Position numbers and translations under genes: made by a program
Notes under the pieces: generated by a model
The model's database searches: none
The model's input: the letters and a program-made list of their open reading frames with translations, nothing else
What the model was told of the DNA's origin: nothing
Source of the DNA: Squalus acanthias
Taxonomy: Eukaryota
Assembly: GCA_030390025.1 (NCBI GenBank)
Contig: CM059432.1
Coordinates: 64,854,001 to 64,918,000 of the forward strand
Length of the DNA: 64,000 bases
Direction: 5' to 3'
Shown here: positions 1-12,275 of the stretch, in pieces
Layout: the number at the start of each line of letters is the position of its first letter
Position numbering within the stretch: the stretch's first letter is position 1

Positions 1-214
1 TTTTTTAAAATTTTCATGAAGTTTATAATGTCACTTAGAGAAAGTGTGTTTAGCACATTGGGGGTCTAATTCGTCTTGGCGGAAATGCAAAACGGACAAT
101 AGCGAATTGGCAGCCCATTTTACACTCTAGCCGATTTTCTTTTCCAATGGTTCCACTGACCTAGGTAATTTTTCCTAACAAAAGGTTCCACTGATCGCTA
201 GATGCACCACATGC

Positions 215-560
215 TGAGACATACAGAGCAGAAAGGTCTGAGGTTCAATCCCTAGTCTGTGCTGAATAGGCTAATCAGTAGTGGGGGGTCACAATTGACT
301 CCAGTGTGCCCAAGCATGGACAGGGAAAAATAATCAGCAGTCTTCCTCTCATTGTCATTATGCATTGACCCCTGTCAGAAATAGTGCATGTGTGGAAAAT
401 GGTAGATGGTAGGACTGAGATTGGATTCGGAGCTCCCATGATTAAATAGCCCACTGACACTCAATTCCAGGGCTCACACATGAAGAATGGTTACTTAGGC
501 CAGTCATGGATGCCCTTCGATCTTTACACCAGTAGGTCGGCATTCTCAAAAGACAAGTAG
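215..560 (+). mobile_element. Degraded ancient SINE-like interspersed repeat (copy 1)
   Basis: B-box-like 'ggttcaatccc' near the 5' end; shares blocks such as 'ggctcacaca(t)gaagaatgg' with 28010-28315. Boundaries approximate. Confidence 0.5.
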
Positions 561-875
561 TAAAAATGGGGGTGGAGAAGAGAAATATAGATTGCTATTA
601 CTGTGTTACAAATCCATCAGAAACCAATCCCATTGTGCTGCATCACTAGTGGTGATATATGCCTTATTCTTCCTAACTTTTCAGATTTGAATGCGGAAAT
701 TGCCTGAGTGCACTGTAGAAATGGTGCCATTAATACTATAGATTCTTTTCAACCATCCACATTGCGACTTTTCATTATTGTACTTATGAAGGTAAAAGAT
801 GACAATAGTGGAGAATAGAGCATTTCAAAAGATACCTAGGACAAGTATTGGTGAAGTTTGTATAAGCAACCTTAC

Positions 876-1130
876 CATGCCACAATAAAACAGTGTAAAT
901 TCCAATCTGCGAGTAACAAACTCCGCCGTGACAAATGACACTGCAATTTGGCTCACTTTCAGTTCACTGAAGGCTCTACTGTTGGATAAAGTCCCAAATT
1001 CAGTGCATTTTGTACGAACATGTTCATTGAGAAGGGGATTAAATATGCCATAACTCATTTCAGTCTTATCAACCATATTTGACAAGAGGCTAACATTTCC
1101 TTTTGCTGCAATAGAGCTGATCTGATGCCT
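876..1130 (-). CDS. Candidate coding exon (85 codons), possibly a downstream exon of the TIR-like gene
   Basis: Acceptor ctttgtccag|, donor ATG|gtaagg, open in phase 0; ends SELKVSQIAVSFVTAEFVTRRLEFTLFYCGM. No family recognised. Confidence 0.4.
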
Positions 1131-1222
1131 CTGGACAAAGGATTGGAATTGGGTTGCTTCAAAATGTGCCACTCAGCAAAGTTACAGCTTTGTATAGTTT
1201 TAATTGAAAAAACAACTCTTAC

Positions 1223-1308
1223 ATTCTCATCCAGAGCTGCTTTAACTGTTTGAGCATCAAATCTGCTTTGAAGCTTTTGAAATCTATCATGTACATCCAC
1301 AGGAATTT
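1223..1308 (-). CDS. Candidate coding exon (E)IPVDVHDRFQKLQSRFDAQTVKAALDEN
   Basis: Weak acceptor tatctttaaag| (phase 1), donor AAT|gtaaga (phase 0); frame-compatible with 876-1130 across a 92-bp intron. Confidence 0.35.
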
Positions 1309-2539
1309 CTTTAAAGATATTTTTTGTGAATGTGTTATTGTGAAAATGAAAACGTCAATCCTAGAGATTCAAACATCTTTTTTCCGTTTTTACCAGCTGT
1401 CAGCATCAGGCACTCTCAAGTCAAGTTATACATCTAAACTAGGTATTTGGAAAAGTTTCCTTCGCTTTACCCCAATAATGAGCTGGAATACTGTGTGCCA
1501 TTAGTAAAAAAATATGTTTACTTATTCATAAAGTTCCTCTGCCCACTATTTTAATAAAAGTGTTCATTACTAATCTCGCACACTGTGATTTCAACCCTAA
1601 TATGATTTGACCACAACTCGGAAGCAAACCTATTGCGCAAGTATGACATTTTCATTTCCCATGCCAACCCTTCCCATAAATTGTCTGAGCAGAAGTATCA
1701 ATTAATGATACTTCATGCAGGTTTGTCCTCAGAAGAGAGAGAAAAGGAGAGAAAGAGAGGAGTTCAGATCACAGTTTATGCTGATTCTACCTGAGGTCTC
1801 ACTAACAGTAGCTCAGAAAGAAAGTAAAACATAGAAAACGTGAAGACCCACAGACTATGCATTTACAATTAAATAGCAATTTTGCTTTTTGTTTCCACCC
1901 AGAGATGTCAATTTACTCCTCAAAGAATTAACATATAACACAAAATCACCATTTACGACTGTTAGCTGAATTCACTAAAATTAGAATGTAGTAAGAGACA
2001 CTTTTCTGATTTAGAATATCTGTAATTAGGTAAGAACAGACTCAAATATGCTTTGTAAAAGCTCTTGATCTATTTTTTGTGATAATCATTCAGGGGATAT
2101 CAGTACTAGAGAATGATACACTTCCAATTTTTGCACTCAAGTGTAGAATCAGGCACTCTCATACCAGATGGAGTATTGGTAAGATTCAGAGTAAACGTCT
2201 GTTTCTCTATCACAAGAATGTACCTTAATCTTAATCCCCAGAAGAGCACAACCTACTACACAAGAGAATCATCTTCCATTTTCGGCATCAAATCATCCTT
2301 ATGGCGTCTTCAAGTGAGTCAAACATTAGTCACCAAATCATGGGCAAATCATGGGCAAGATGGTACTATGTTCTCAAGCCATATAAAGCATGAGTCCATA
2401 GCATAATGATGCTCATGATTTAGATTCAAACTAAGGAACGGAGGAATGGGACATTCATCCTATCTGTCTGGGAAGGCTTAGAATCCAGATCCCAGTGGTA
2501 AAGAAACAATATTCCAAAGCATTGCACGATCCTGTCCTC

Positions 2540-2912
2540 TAGGCTGACACTTCAGTGCAGCACTGAGAGAGTGCTACATTGTCGGAGGTGCCGTCTTTTG
2601 GATGAGAAGTCAAACTGAGGCCCCGTCCTCCCTCTCAGGTGGACGTAAAACATCCCATGACATTATTTCAAAGAGGAGCAGGGGAGTTCTCCTGTCCTGG
2701 CCAATATTTATCCCTCAACTGACATCACTAAAACAGATTATTTGGTCAATATCACATTGCTGTTTGTGTGACCTTGCTGTGCACAAATTGGTTGCTGCGT
2801 TTCCTACAATACAACAGTGACTACTCTTCAAAACTACTTCATTGGCTGTAAAGCGCTTTGGGATGTCCTGAAAGGTCATGAAAGTCGATACATAAATGCA
2901 AGTTTTATTTCT
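2540..2912 (+). mobile_element. 5'-truncated Deu-domain SINE (SacSINE1/AmnSINE-like) with L2-type tail
   Basis: Colinear with the full copy at 2998-3472; core 'ggtgccgtcttttggatgagaag'; tail 'aaagcgctttggga...ataaatgcaagtt'. Confidence 0.85.
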
Positions 2913-2997
2913 TTAAAAAAACTTTTTTGCTTTCATGTGATCATGAGCACTATTTATCAAACGTCTTCAGTTTCATACTAAGTTTATGCTATACAAA

Positions 2998-3472
2998 GTG
3001 TCAGCTGTGGCTCAGTGGGTAGCACACTCACCTCTGAGTCAGAAGGTTGTGGGTTCAAGTCCCACTTCGTGGGACTTGCGCACATGAATCTAGGCTGACA
3101 CTCCAGTGCAGTGCTGCGGGAGTGCTGCACTGTCGGAGGTGCCGTCTTTCAGATGAGACGTTAAAAATTGAGGCCCCGTCTGCTCTCTCAGATGGATGTA
3201 AAAGATCCCAAGGCACTATTTTGATGAAGAGCAGGGGAGTTATCCCTGGTGTCCTGGCCAATATTTATCCCTCAATCAACATAACAAAAACAGATTATTT
3301 GGTCATTATCACATTGCTATTTGTGGGAGCTTGCTGTGTGCAAATTGGCTGCCGCGTTTCCCACATTACAACAGTGACTACACTCCAAAAGTACTTCATT
3401 GGCTGTAAAGCGCTTTGAGACATCCGATGGTTGTGAAAGGTGCTATATAAATGCAAGTCTTTCTTTCTTTCT
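2998..3472 (+). mobile_element. Full-length tRNA-derived Deu-domain SINE
   Basis: A box tggctcagtgg, B box ggttcaagtcc, Deu core ggtgccgtctttcagatgagacg, L2-like tail ending in (tctt)n. Confidence 0.9.
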
Positions 3473-4360
3473 ATATCATTGTATATTAGATGGAATAATA
3501 ATCTTTGAAAATTACCATTTTGGTTTCTGAAATTGCACAGGCATAACAGGTCTGTCTTTCAGAGCTTCAAAATATTCATCTGTGATCAATCTTACATTTG
3601 CAACAGAAATTATATTTATAGTGGAAATGCTGAACAAAGCACCAAGGTATAATGTGGAAAGCCCTCCGGGCAGTGTAACTTATTCAGCAGAACAGTTTCA
3701 GATTAAAAATCAAATATAAACAGAGTCACAAACAGCAGTAACAATTTCAGACAATTATTTAATCATAACATCACAGACCAGTCTCCACCTGCATACCCTA
3801 TAGCACAGACAATAAACACCATCATAATTGTAGTCGAAAGTTGAATCCGTACAATTAAACATAGAATTATAAAAACAGTCAATAATATATTTCTGCAACC
3901 TGATTCTGGCTTTGACGTTGTATGGTGCTCGGTGGGCTTCTTACATGAACTGCGAGTAGATAATAGCTTTCCCTTCTGCACATTTCTCTGATCTTTTCTT
4001 CTAATTGTAAGAGTGCGGCATTCAGTTACATTGTTGAGTACTCTTTGTAGTGGCTTTCCAGATTGAAGACTGGAACATACAAGTTGGCCGAGAAATTGGT
4101 TTGCCCCATTTGGAGGACCGCAGGCAGCACGCAAATTATGTGCTGCCTGTTGATTATCATGATTGCGGCGTTCAGCCCAGCTCTGAACGTGCTGCTGAGT
4201 GGCTGAACGCTCAGCAGGGGGCCCAAGTTCGTGCGAAGCTAGCACCAATTAAAGCTAGCCTGCACTACTTAAAGCTAGTCTGCGTCTCTTAAAGGGGAGG
4301 TGCATTCTACCTTCAGCAGCTCATTGAACTGGCTGGAGAAGACAGTAGGAAAATCTATTA

Positions 4361-5887
4361 ATGATGACACAACAGAGGAGAGAGCATGCACCAAGGTTCT
4401 CCAATGCAGCACTGGAGGCATTGGTGCAGGAGGTCAATTCGAGGAGAAAGGTCCTCTTTCCACAGAGGGTCAGGAGGCAACAGAAAAAAGTGCAAGAGGA
4501 GTAGATAGCCAATGTGGTGGATGCCAGCATTGTTGCCCAGAGGACGTGGAATAATTGCAGAAAGCAGTTTAATGACCTTACACGAGTGGTTGAGGTCAGT
4601 GAATTCATCTTCAAATGCCATATCCCACAAACTGCACAACTAGCCTCACACACTGCTCAATGCACCACATCTCCATCACTCACCTACCAACAATCTCGAC
4701 CAAACATGACTCATACCTCACATTCTTAGCTTCACCTCACTCTCACACACTTACCACTGCTGCAAGCCTCACACCCACATCTCACAGCTTGCACACAGAG
4801 CCAGCTATTCAATCTTGACAGGCACATCACCCAAACACATTAAACAACACTCACTGGCACACTTCCCTTTCACTTGCAGGAAAAGGTGGCGCATACCCGG
4901 CGCCAGCATAACCTAACAGGTGGGTGACAGCCTTGCCTGCATCACCTCACCCCCTTGGAGGAGACTGTGCTGGCCATTCTTGGCAGGGGCATGGCTTAGC
5001 CTGTGGCCAGTGGCAGAGATGAATGGGTACAAGATCCTCATATGTTATCCTCTTTCTCACATCCCACTTCCTGTTAATCCCACAATCTCTTCTGATTTGC
5101 AATATGCACATGGTGTAACCATGCATCTCTTGCTATCCCCCCACCTCCCATCACCACAACCTTAGCCTTGTGCCTTTATCATTTCAGATACCCAAGAAAT
5201 CCAGCCTGCCCGGAAAGTGGATGATCAAGAAGAAGTAGAGGAGAGTGATGAAGAAGAAGAAACACCGTCACTCGATCTGACACACACAGCCACCAGCTCA
5301 GATATTGGCACTGCACGGATTTTAGAGGGTTTCTCAGAGGCTGGATCTGCACGTGGTAAGTCACCGGGTACGAGTGGGCAGGGGGAAAGGGTAACAAAGG
5401 TGCCAGATCCCCGGAGCGCGAGGTCGCACACAAGTTCTGCTGCAGAGGACTCAGATGAGGACTTCGCTGGGACGGCCTACAGAAGAAGGCTGATGGGTAT
5501 GCACAATTAAATGCTTGGTGCATTGGCAAGCCTGCCAGAAAGCCTGAGTGCAGTAGCTCCGTGGAGCACTATCCTACTGTCCTCTCTCAGGATGACAGCA
5601 TTCGTCCTCCCACCACTGCCACTCCCCCAGTGCCCTTGCTATTGCCTGTCAGCCAGCCAGCCTGGACTGATGCCGCTCATGCTGAGGTGGAGCAGTCTGC
5701 AGCCAGGCATTCTAGGCCCAGAGCTGCTTGAAGTTGTCCTGCAAGGCCATCTGCAGTCTCCGCCACTGAAGGGCAGCAGCCGTCCACCAGCCATGCTGCA
5801 GCCACTGGGGTAGCACTGCGTAGGAGCACTAGGACAGGCAAAGACGCACTGAAGACAGGCACTAAGGGAATTCACAGGGGTGATTAA
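4361..5887 (+). pseudogene. Harbinger Myb/SANT-like (NAIF1/MSANTD-type) DNA-binding protein gene, 3 exons, with stops and deletions
   Basis: Exon 1 APRFSNAALEALVQEV...RTWNNCRKQFNDLTR then gtcagt donor; exon 2 after ttgcag (~4880) LTGG*...LTPLEETVLAILG; acidic exon 3 after tttcag (~5188). Confidence 0.85.
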
Positions 5888-6050
5888 TTGACTTTGTTAA
5901 ATTATATTGGATATATTGATGGTTAAAGTTGGATTGGCATATTTCTTTTGTGGTGGCTTTTACTTCAGCGTAGTGGCCAAGAGGATGCTGTGATGGTCAG
6001 AGGGTAGGTAAGGTGTGGGACTATTGTTGAATGGGGAATTGGGGTTGCTT

Positions 6051-7214
6051 TCGCTCATACTGCAGTTGGATGAGTCAACCATAGATAGCCCGGGGTTTGC
6101 CTCTTCTCTTCTGCTTCCTCCCATTCCGCTTCCTCCTCTTCCACTTCCTTCTCTTCCACCTCCCCTCCTTGTCTTACTCCTCCTCCTCTCTTCCGCTTCC
6201 TCCTCCTTCTCCTCTTCCTCCTCCTCCTTAGCTGGTCGCCGTATGCCTGGTGGCAAGGGCTGTGCCCTCATGATGGCGAGGTTGTGGAGCATGCAGCAGA
6301 CCACGATGAATCTTGAGATGCGTTCTGCTAAGTATTGTGGAAGCATTGTTTAAAGATGCAAATAGTCTACTCTATCAGATTCCACATAGCCGCATGGCTC
6401 TCATTGTACGCATGCTGTCCACGTGTGGTTGGGTTGTGGAGCGGAATCATGAACCAGATGGTCAGCGAATAGCCTTTGTCGCCAAGTAGCCAGCCTCCGG
6501 TTTGTCTTGGTGGCTCAAAGACTGAGGGAACAGTGAACTGACGCAGAATTAAAGCATCATGACTGCTGCCAGGATAACAGGCATTCACCATCATGATGTA
6601 CTGAGTATGGTCGCACACCAACTGCACATTCAACAAGTGGTAACCTTTGCTGTTGCGGTACAACTCAGCATTTAGATCCGGCGCCCGCAAAGCCAGGTGC
6701 GTGCAGTCGATGGTGCCCTGCACCACGGGGAAGCCTGCTATCCTGGCAAAGCCACGGTCAGAGAGAAGACAATGAAGTCCCCTCTCCTGGCATAAAGAGC
6801 TTCTGTCACCTCTCTTATGCAGCAATGGGCAGAGAACTGGGAGATGTTACAGATGTCACCTGCTTGAGCCAGGAAGGATCCTGACGTGAAGAAATTCAGG
6901 GCCACGGTCACCTTCACAGCCTCTGGCAGCGCTGTCCTTGCCCTGGTGTGAGGCTGCAGGTCTGGTTGCGAGAGGTGGCACAGTTCTGTGAGCACCTCCT
7001 TCGTAAAGCGCAGATGCCTCATACACTGCTCCTGGCTCAGGTTCAGGTAAGAGAATTGCTCTCGGAAGACCCTAGGTGGGTAAGGCCTCCTGCTGAGATC
7101 CCTTCTCCCCCTCCTCCTCCTCCCTCTGTGAGCAGCTTGTCCTCTTCTTCGCTGCCTCTGCTCCATCTCCCTGTCATGCTGCAGGCCAAGGGGGATGACA
7201 ACTAGAGCACCCAT
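6051..7214 (-). pseudogene. Harbinger (HARBI1-like, DDE_Tnp_4-type) transposase, frameshifted and partly deleted
   Basis: Motifs ALNFFTSGSF, GTIDCTH, YPGSSHDA, LLGDKGY, NLIE, CCMLHNL spread over ORFs 6738-7226, 6367-6825 and 5960-6346. Confidence 0.92.
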
Positions 7215-8505
7215 GACTGGGAGCAAGTGGTCTGAGCAGAACCCTTGAAGTCAGAAGCAAGGCCTTCTCCACTTGCAGCACCACTCCCTGTCACCTAACC
7301 AACTTTAAACAACTCTGGAAAGCACCAAACACTTCCACAAACTTACAAAGAGCTAGCTGAAATTCAGCATGAAACTCACCCGAGAGTGGTTGATGATCCC
7401 TTTAAATATCGCTGGTAGGGGGTCCTTGCAGCTGCTGAATGCATGTTCAGCTCTGCGAGGTTAACTTCCAGCATTGAGGACAAAAATGGCAGGGCTGGCA
7501 TCAAATCAGCGTTGCACGCTGATTATATCACAATCTGCCTACTCTACATACTTCTGGCACACACTCCCAGTGCCACTGCTACCGCCCTCATCAAGATGGC
7601 GTCCGGCGTGACCCACACCAGAATTGCACACGCGCTGCTTGGATGCTATATTCAACCCTAAACAGCACCCGTCGTACCCAAACAACTGGCGCTACACAAT
7701 CAAATTTCTAGGCCATTGACTCTTAATGGCAAATGGTAGTGGACCTCTTGTGGATGGATGTTTCCTTGTTCTGGGCTTTCTCCCATGGGACATGGAACAC
7801 TCTCTAGTCATCCAGTGTCAGAATTGTAGGAACTGTAGTGATATTAAACTGAAGTAGCTGGTAGGGGTAATTGGCAACAGAACTGGGACTGGAAATGAAA
7901 ATCAGGGATGACAGGAACAGAGCTCTGGGCCAATATATGGCCCAATTAAAGTAGTACTTCTTTAATATATATTTTTTGAGCCAGAGAGATGGTTTAGAAA
8001 GAGATGCACTAAAAACAAGCTTGCCGCAAATTTATGTGCTGTTCCTCACAAATCCATAAATTGGTGTCGGAATCTGGTATCAATTTTAAATGGGTTAATG
8101 GTTTTGTTAAACTAGTGCACACAGAGGAATACAATTCCCTAAGTGAGTAAACGCCCTTGTGATTAATTGACACTGCAGCACTCTTGCACCGTGTTCAAGT
8201 AGCCATGAGGGTACAAATAATAATTCATTGAACCCTATTGAACTCTGCAATTTGGAAAAGATCCAACTATCTCTCTGACTGTGGGTGCTGCTCTATGCCT
8301 TTGCAATAACATCAGTTTTGATTCTGACTGGCTCAGAATAAATTTGAATCATTTCAAGTTAAACTGAATTGGGCCTAACTTTCCACCAGCAGTAAATTAA
8401 TACGTTGGGAATAATCTTATGAGTCTGCGATGCCAGTAGGAAGCTTCGCCTGTCAGTGGCATAAATCGGAAACATGGGGGCATGCTGCACATGTTTTTCC
8501 ATTAT

Positions 8506-9099
8506 ATAGGAACATAGAAACAGGAGTAGGCCATTCAGTCCCTCGAGCCTGTTCTGCCATTCATTGAGATCATGGCTGATCTGTATCCTAACTCCATCCA
8601 CCTACCTTGGCTCCATATCCCTTAATATGCTTGGCTAGCAAAAATCTATCAACCTCAGATTTAAAATTATTAATTGAGCTAACATCTACTGCTTTTGGTG
8701 GGAGAGAGTTTCCTAACTTCTCTCCTTAATGGCCTAGCTCTGATTTTAAGGTTATGACCCCTTGTCCTAGACGCCCCCATCAGTGGAAAAAGTTTCTCTC
8801 TATCTACCCTATCAATTCCTCTCAAAATCCTATAAACCTCAGTCAAATCACACCATAACTTTCTATATTCCAGGGAATACAAGCCTAGTTTATGTAATCG
8901 CTCCTCATAATTTAACCCTTGGAACCCTACTAACATTCTGGTGAATCTGCTGCAATCCTTCCAAGGCCAATATATCCTTTCTAAGATGCAGTGCCCAGAC
9001 TGTACATAGTACTCCAGATGTGGTTTAACCAGGGCTATGGATAGCTGTAGCAAAACTTCCTCCCCTTTTATAATCTATCCCTCTAGATATAAAGACTAA
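8506..9099 (-). mobile_element. CR1 LINE 3' fragment (resumes at 12136-12160 after two Harbinger insertions)
   Basis: ORF2 C-terminus LVKPHLEYYVQ...LGLYSLEYRKL...RTRGHNLKI plus a typical 3' UTR tail. Confidence 0.9.
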
Positions 9100-9621
9100 G
9101 GCCGTAATTTTGCTGGCGCTCAGAGGGCGGGTTTGGCGGCAGGTCAGAGGTTAAATTCGTTTTGATTGATGGTGGTTTCGAACCCGCCGTCAACCTGCCT
9201 CCTTGCAACTTTGCAAAGTGTCGGGTCTGGGAGTCCCGATCAGACCCAACACCAAGCGGCGGGAGAGGCACTTAAGGCAGGTAACAGCTTGTTAACTGCC
9301 TACATAATCCTATTTCAGCAGGCTCTTCCCATTTTACGACATTTTCAGCGTGTTCCACACCATTCGCAAAACACGCCAGCTGATTGTGCCGGGTTCTGCA
9401 ACTACGCAAATTCTTGACAGCTGCACCTGCAGCATAAAAGCGGACCTTTAACATGGCTGACGTTCAGATGACAGAACTTTGTTTTTTCAGGTGTTGGAAC
9501 ACGTTTTGCAGGTCTATTGAGCTTGTAAGTGGTTAATTTGAGATCCATATTCACTGTGACCTCCTTGGAAAACCCTCTCCCTGAGCACTTATAACATCTA
9601 TTCTTCAACTGACATATATAC

Positions 9622-9870
9622 CAGCCATGATGTGGAGATGCCGGTGTTGGACTGGGGTGGACAAATGTGAGAAGTCGCACAACACCAGGTTATAGTCCAA
9701 CAGCTTTATTTGAAATCACAAGCTTTCGGAGCGCTGCTCCTTCGTCAGGTGAAGTGAAGAGATGCATATAGGCACAGCATATATAGTCAGAGAACACTGC
9801 CAGATGATTACAGTTAATCTTTCTAACTGCCCTTTATCACACCTCGGCAGAGAGATAATCACGGCAATCA
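9622..9870 (-). mobile_element. Penelope-like element terminal fragment nested in the Harbinger derivative
   Basis: Minus strand carries a hammerhead-like core followed by aataaa and 'gctgttggactataacctggtgttgtg', resembling shark Penelope pLTR ends. Boundaries approximate. Confidence 0.6.
9716..9752 (-). ncRNA. Minimal type I hammerhead ribozyme-like motif
   Basis: 5'-TCAC CTGACGA A GGAGC AGC GCTCC GAA AGCT T GTGA-3': stem I TCAC/GTGA, core CUGANGA and GAAA, stem II GGAGC/GCTCC, palindromic AAGCTT stem III. Confidence 0.65.
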
Positions 9871-10631
9871 AAGGTGTGGATGGTGTCCAAACAGGTCAGT
9901 CAGGAAAACATTACATCAAAGACAATGAGGTGGGGTCACAAGGGGTCAATTGTGGCAGATGCTGGGGTCTGTATGGAAAACAAAAAACTAGGTAAGGGTG
10001 CAAGGGATGTAAGGTTAAAGTGGGATGTGCAGGAGTAGGTTAACAGTGCAGAGTGCTGGTGATGAGAGGAGATGGGGAGCAGATTGAAGGTAAGTGTGAT
10101 GTTATACTCACTTTTGCTGTGCGTAGCAGGTCATTGAACCTTTTCTTGCACTGAACCCAGGTGCGACCACACAAAGACCTGGCGCTCACCTCCTCAGCAA
10201 TTTGCAGCCAGGCTGCTTTGTTTTGCTGAGGAGGCTTCCTCTGTCCATTTGAGGGGAACGGTACCGCTTGGCGCCCTCTCCCTCCCTCCACAAGAGCATG
10301 GGGGGAGTCATCATCGAATCTGGGAGATGCCTTTGGTCTTGAAGCAGTCATTTTCAGAAGTGCCACACCAAGAAGCAGCAGAATAGGATTGATCAAAAAC
10401 AAGGCTGCACGGGCTCCTTAAATGCAGCTGGCTGAAAGACGTCAGCAGAGGCGAGCAGCAGACCCGAACCCACTGATTGGGCCGGGTATCGCGCACAACC
10501 GACTTAATCAGCCCACTTAAGCAAAAATCGTAATTTCAGGGCGGATTAAACCGGCAGCGGGACCGGAACCCGCCGGACATCAAAGCCACCTCCAAACCAC
10601 CTCCACTTGGAAAATCGCGGCCTATGACTAT

Positions 10632-12135
10632 GGGCTCGATTTTAATAGCCCTGAGGAGGCTGGTTTGGAGGCGGGTCAGCTGCGAAAATCAGAAAAAATG
10701 GCTTCAGGCACCCAACTCACCTCCATCCCGCCCCCACGCGAGGACATGATCTGTAGACATTATTGGTGCAGAACTTTAAAAGCACTCCTGTAACATGGCT
10801 GGCATTCAAATGCAACAACTTTGTTGTTGGAGGTTTGGGATAAGATTTTGCAAATCTACTGACCTTGTGACTGGTCAAGCTGACACACATCTGCTGTTTG
10901 AACTGATTGGAAATAATTTCAGGCCACTTTGAGTGTGCGCTTGCAAGCTTCTTGCCTCAACTAAAATCTATAACAACAGGATGAGAACCATTTACATCCT
11001 CTCATCCTGGTCGTCAGATTCGGAGGAAGAGCAGCCCGGCTTAGTGCTGCCGGATGAACAAGTGGCTCAGCACACAGCCTCCTTGGAGGAAGATGAAGAG
11101 GACAAGGAAGAGGACGAGGAAGAGGAGGAGGATGGGGAGTGATGCCTTGCGGGGCCGGAATGACCAATCCAGCAGCAGGCAACCACATTGATGGCCATCA
11201 GGCAAGGGATGCACTCTGCCATGCCAGATTCGCGTAAGCCAACGCTTCAACCACAGGTGGCTGGCACATGAAGATGAATATAAGTCCGACAGTCTCAAAC
11301 CCCAGGCATCATCTGTCCATTAAACGGTGGTTTGCGCTCAGTGTCACCACCATCATTGTATATGGAAATCGCCCTGAGCCCTCACTCTTGAACTTCCATT
11401 TCCTAGAACACAGAGGCCACACTTTAGGTGATCTCAGCAGATCATTAAACCTTTTTCCACACTGAACCCATGTGCGTCTGCACACAGACCTCGAGCTCAC
11501 CTCCTCAGCAATTTGCAGCCAAGCTGCCTTGGTTTGCTGAGGAGGCCTCCTCCTTCCATTTCCAGGGAAGAGGAACTCCTGATGTCCTCTAACTCCCTCC
11601 ACAAGAGCATGGAGAGAGCCCTCATTGAACCTGGGTGCAGCCTTAGTTTTTGGGGCTGCCATTCCTGCAGCTCCCAGCACTTTTAAGAGAAAAAAGCATT
11701 AATATTACTAAGCAAATGATTGGAACACATCTGGCATCTTTTTCATTTCATAGTCAGATAATAAAGTCTTACAACAAAAAATCATGAATCTCTTTCTGGA
11801 ATAATATGACCAGCAATATCATTCATTAAATTTTGCTCAGAACAGACGCTGTCAACTCCCCTTTCTAGATAATAAAGCACCAAGCCATCCCAATGACATT
11901 TGTATGCAAAGGGGACATGGCCTCTTTAAATTTTCAAACAAACAACGTGTCATCAGATGCGAGAAACTGACATCCTCCAAGCAGTTGCCTGGAGGGACCC
12001 GACCCGCACGTCGGCCGTAGCGAGGCCAATGAAGCCAAAATCGGAAGTGCTGGGAGGCGGCAGCTGGGTGCGGGTCTGAAAGCTGCCGAGCAGCGGGCCC
12101 ACTCTCAACCCGCCTCCGTTAATAAAATCGAGCCC
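10632..12135 (-). mobile_element. Non-autonomous Harbinger derivative with Myb/SANT exon 1 and transposase C-terminal remnant
   Basis: Perfect TIR gggctcgatttta/taaaatcgagccc; ORF 11309-11680 APRFNEGSLHALVEGV...RTWVQCGKRFNDL; plus-strand acidic run followed by GHQARDALCHARFA*. Confidence 0.88.
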
Positions 12136-12275
12136 TAACATTCCATTAACCTTTTTGATGAGCATAAAGTAACAAAATTATCCTGCTATCGATTGGATTG
12201 TATATGATTAATGGCTGGGCACTAGCATATGCAAATATCAATATTTGACGCACAGTTCAAATATTGGCCCCTTAA

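Larger units (their letters stand above)
4086..7714. mobile_element. PIF/Harbinger DNA transposon, near-complete two-gene copy A (inactive)
   Basis: TIRs ggccgagaaatt.../...aaatttctaggcc, 3-bp TSD gtt/att, convergent Myb/SANT-like and transposase genes. Confidence 0.9.
9100..10622 (-). mobile_element. Non-autonomous Harbinger derivative retaining Myb/SANT exon 1
   Basis: TIRs ggccgtaatttt/aaaatcgcggcc; ORF 10040-10402 PRFDDDSPHALVEG...AAWLQIAEEVS...RTWVQCKKRFNDL. Confidence 0.85.

Noticed and set aside
2998..3070. tRNA-like A/B boxes (also 27520-27592 and 47261-47330)
   Set aside because: They are SINE heads continuing into SINE bodies, not tRNA genes.
3047..3418. 123-aa ORF and similar ORFs at 2602-2820 and 47220-47681
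   Set aside because: Incidental frames within SINE copies.
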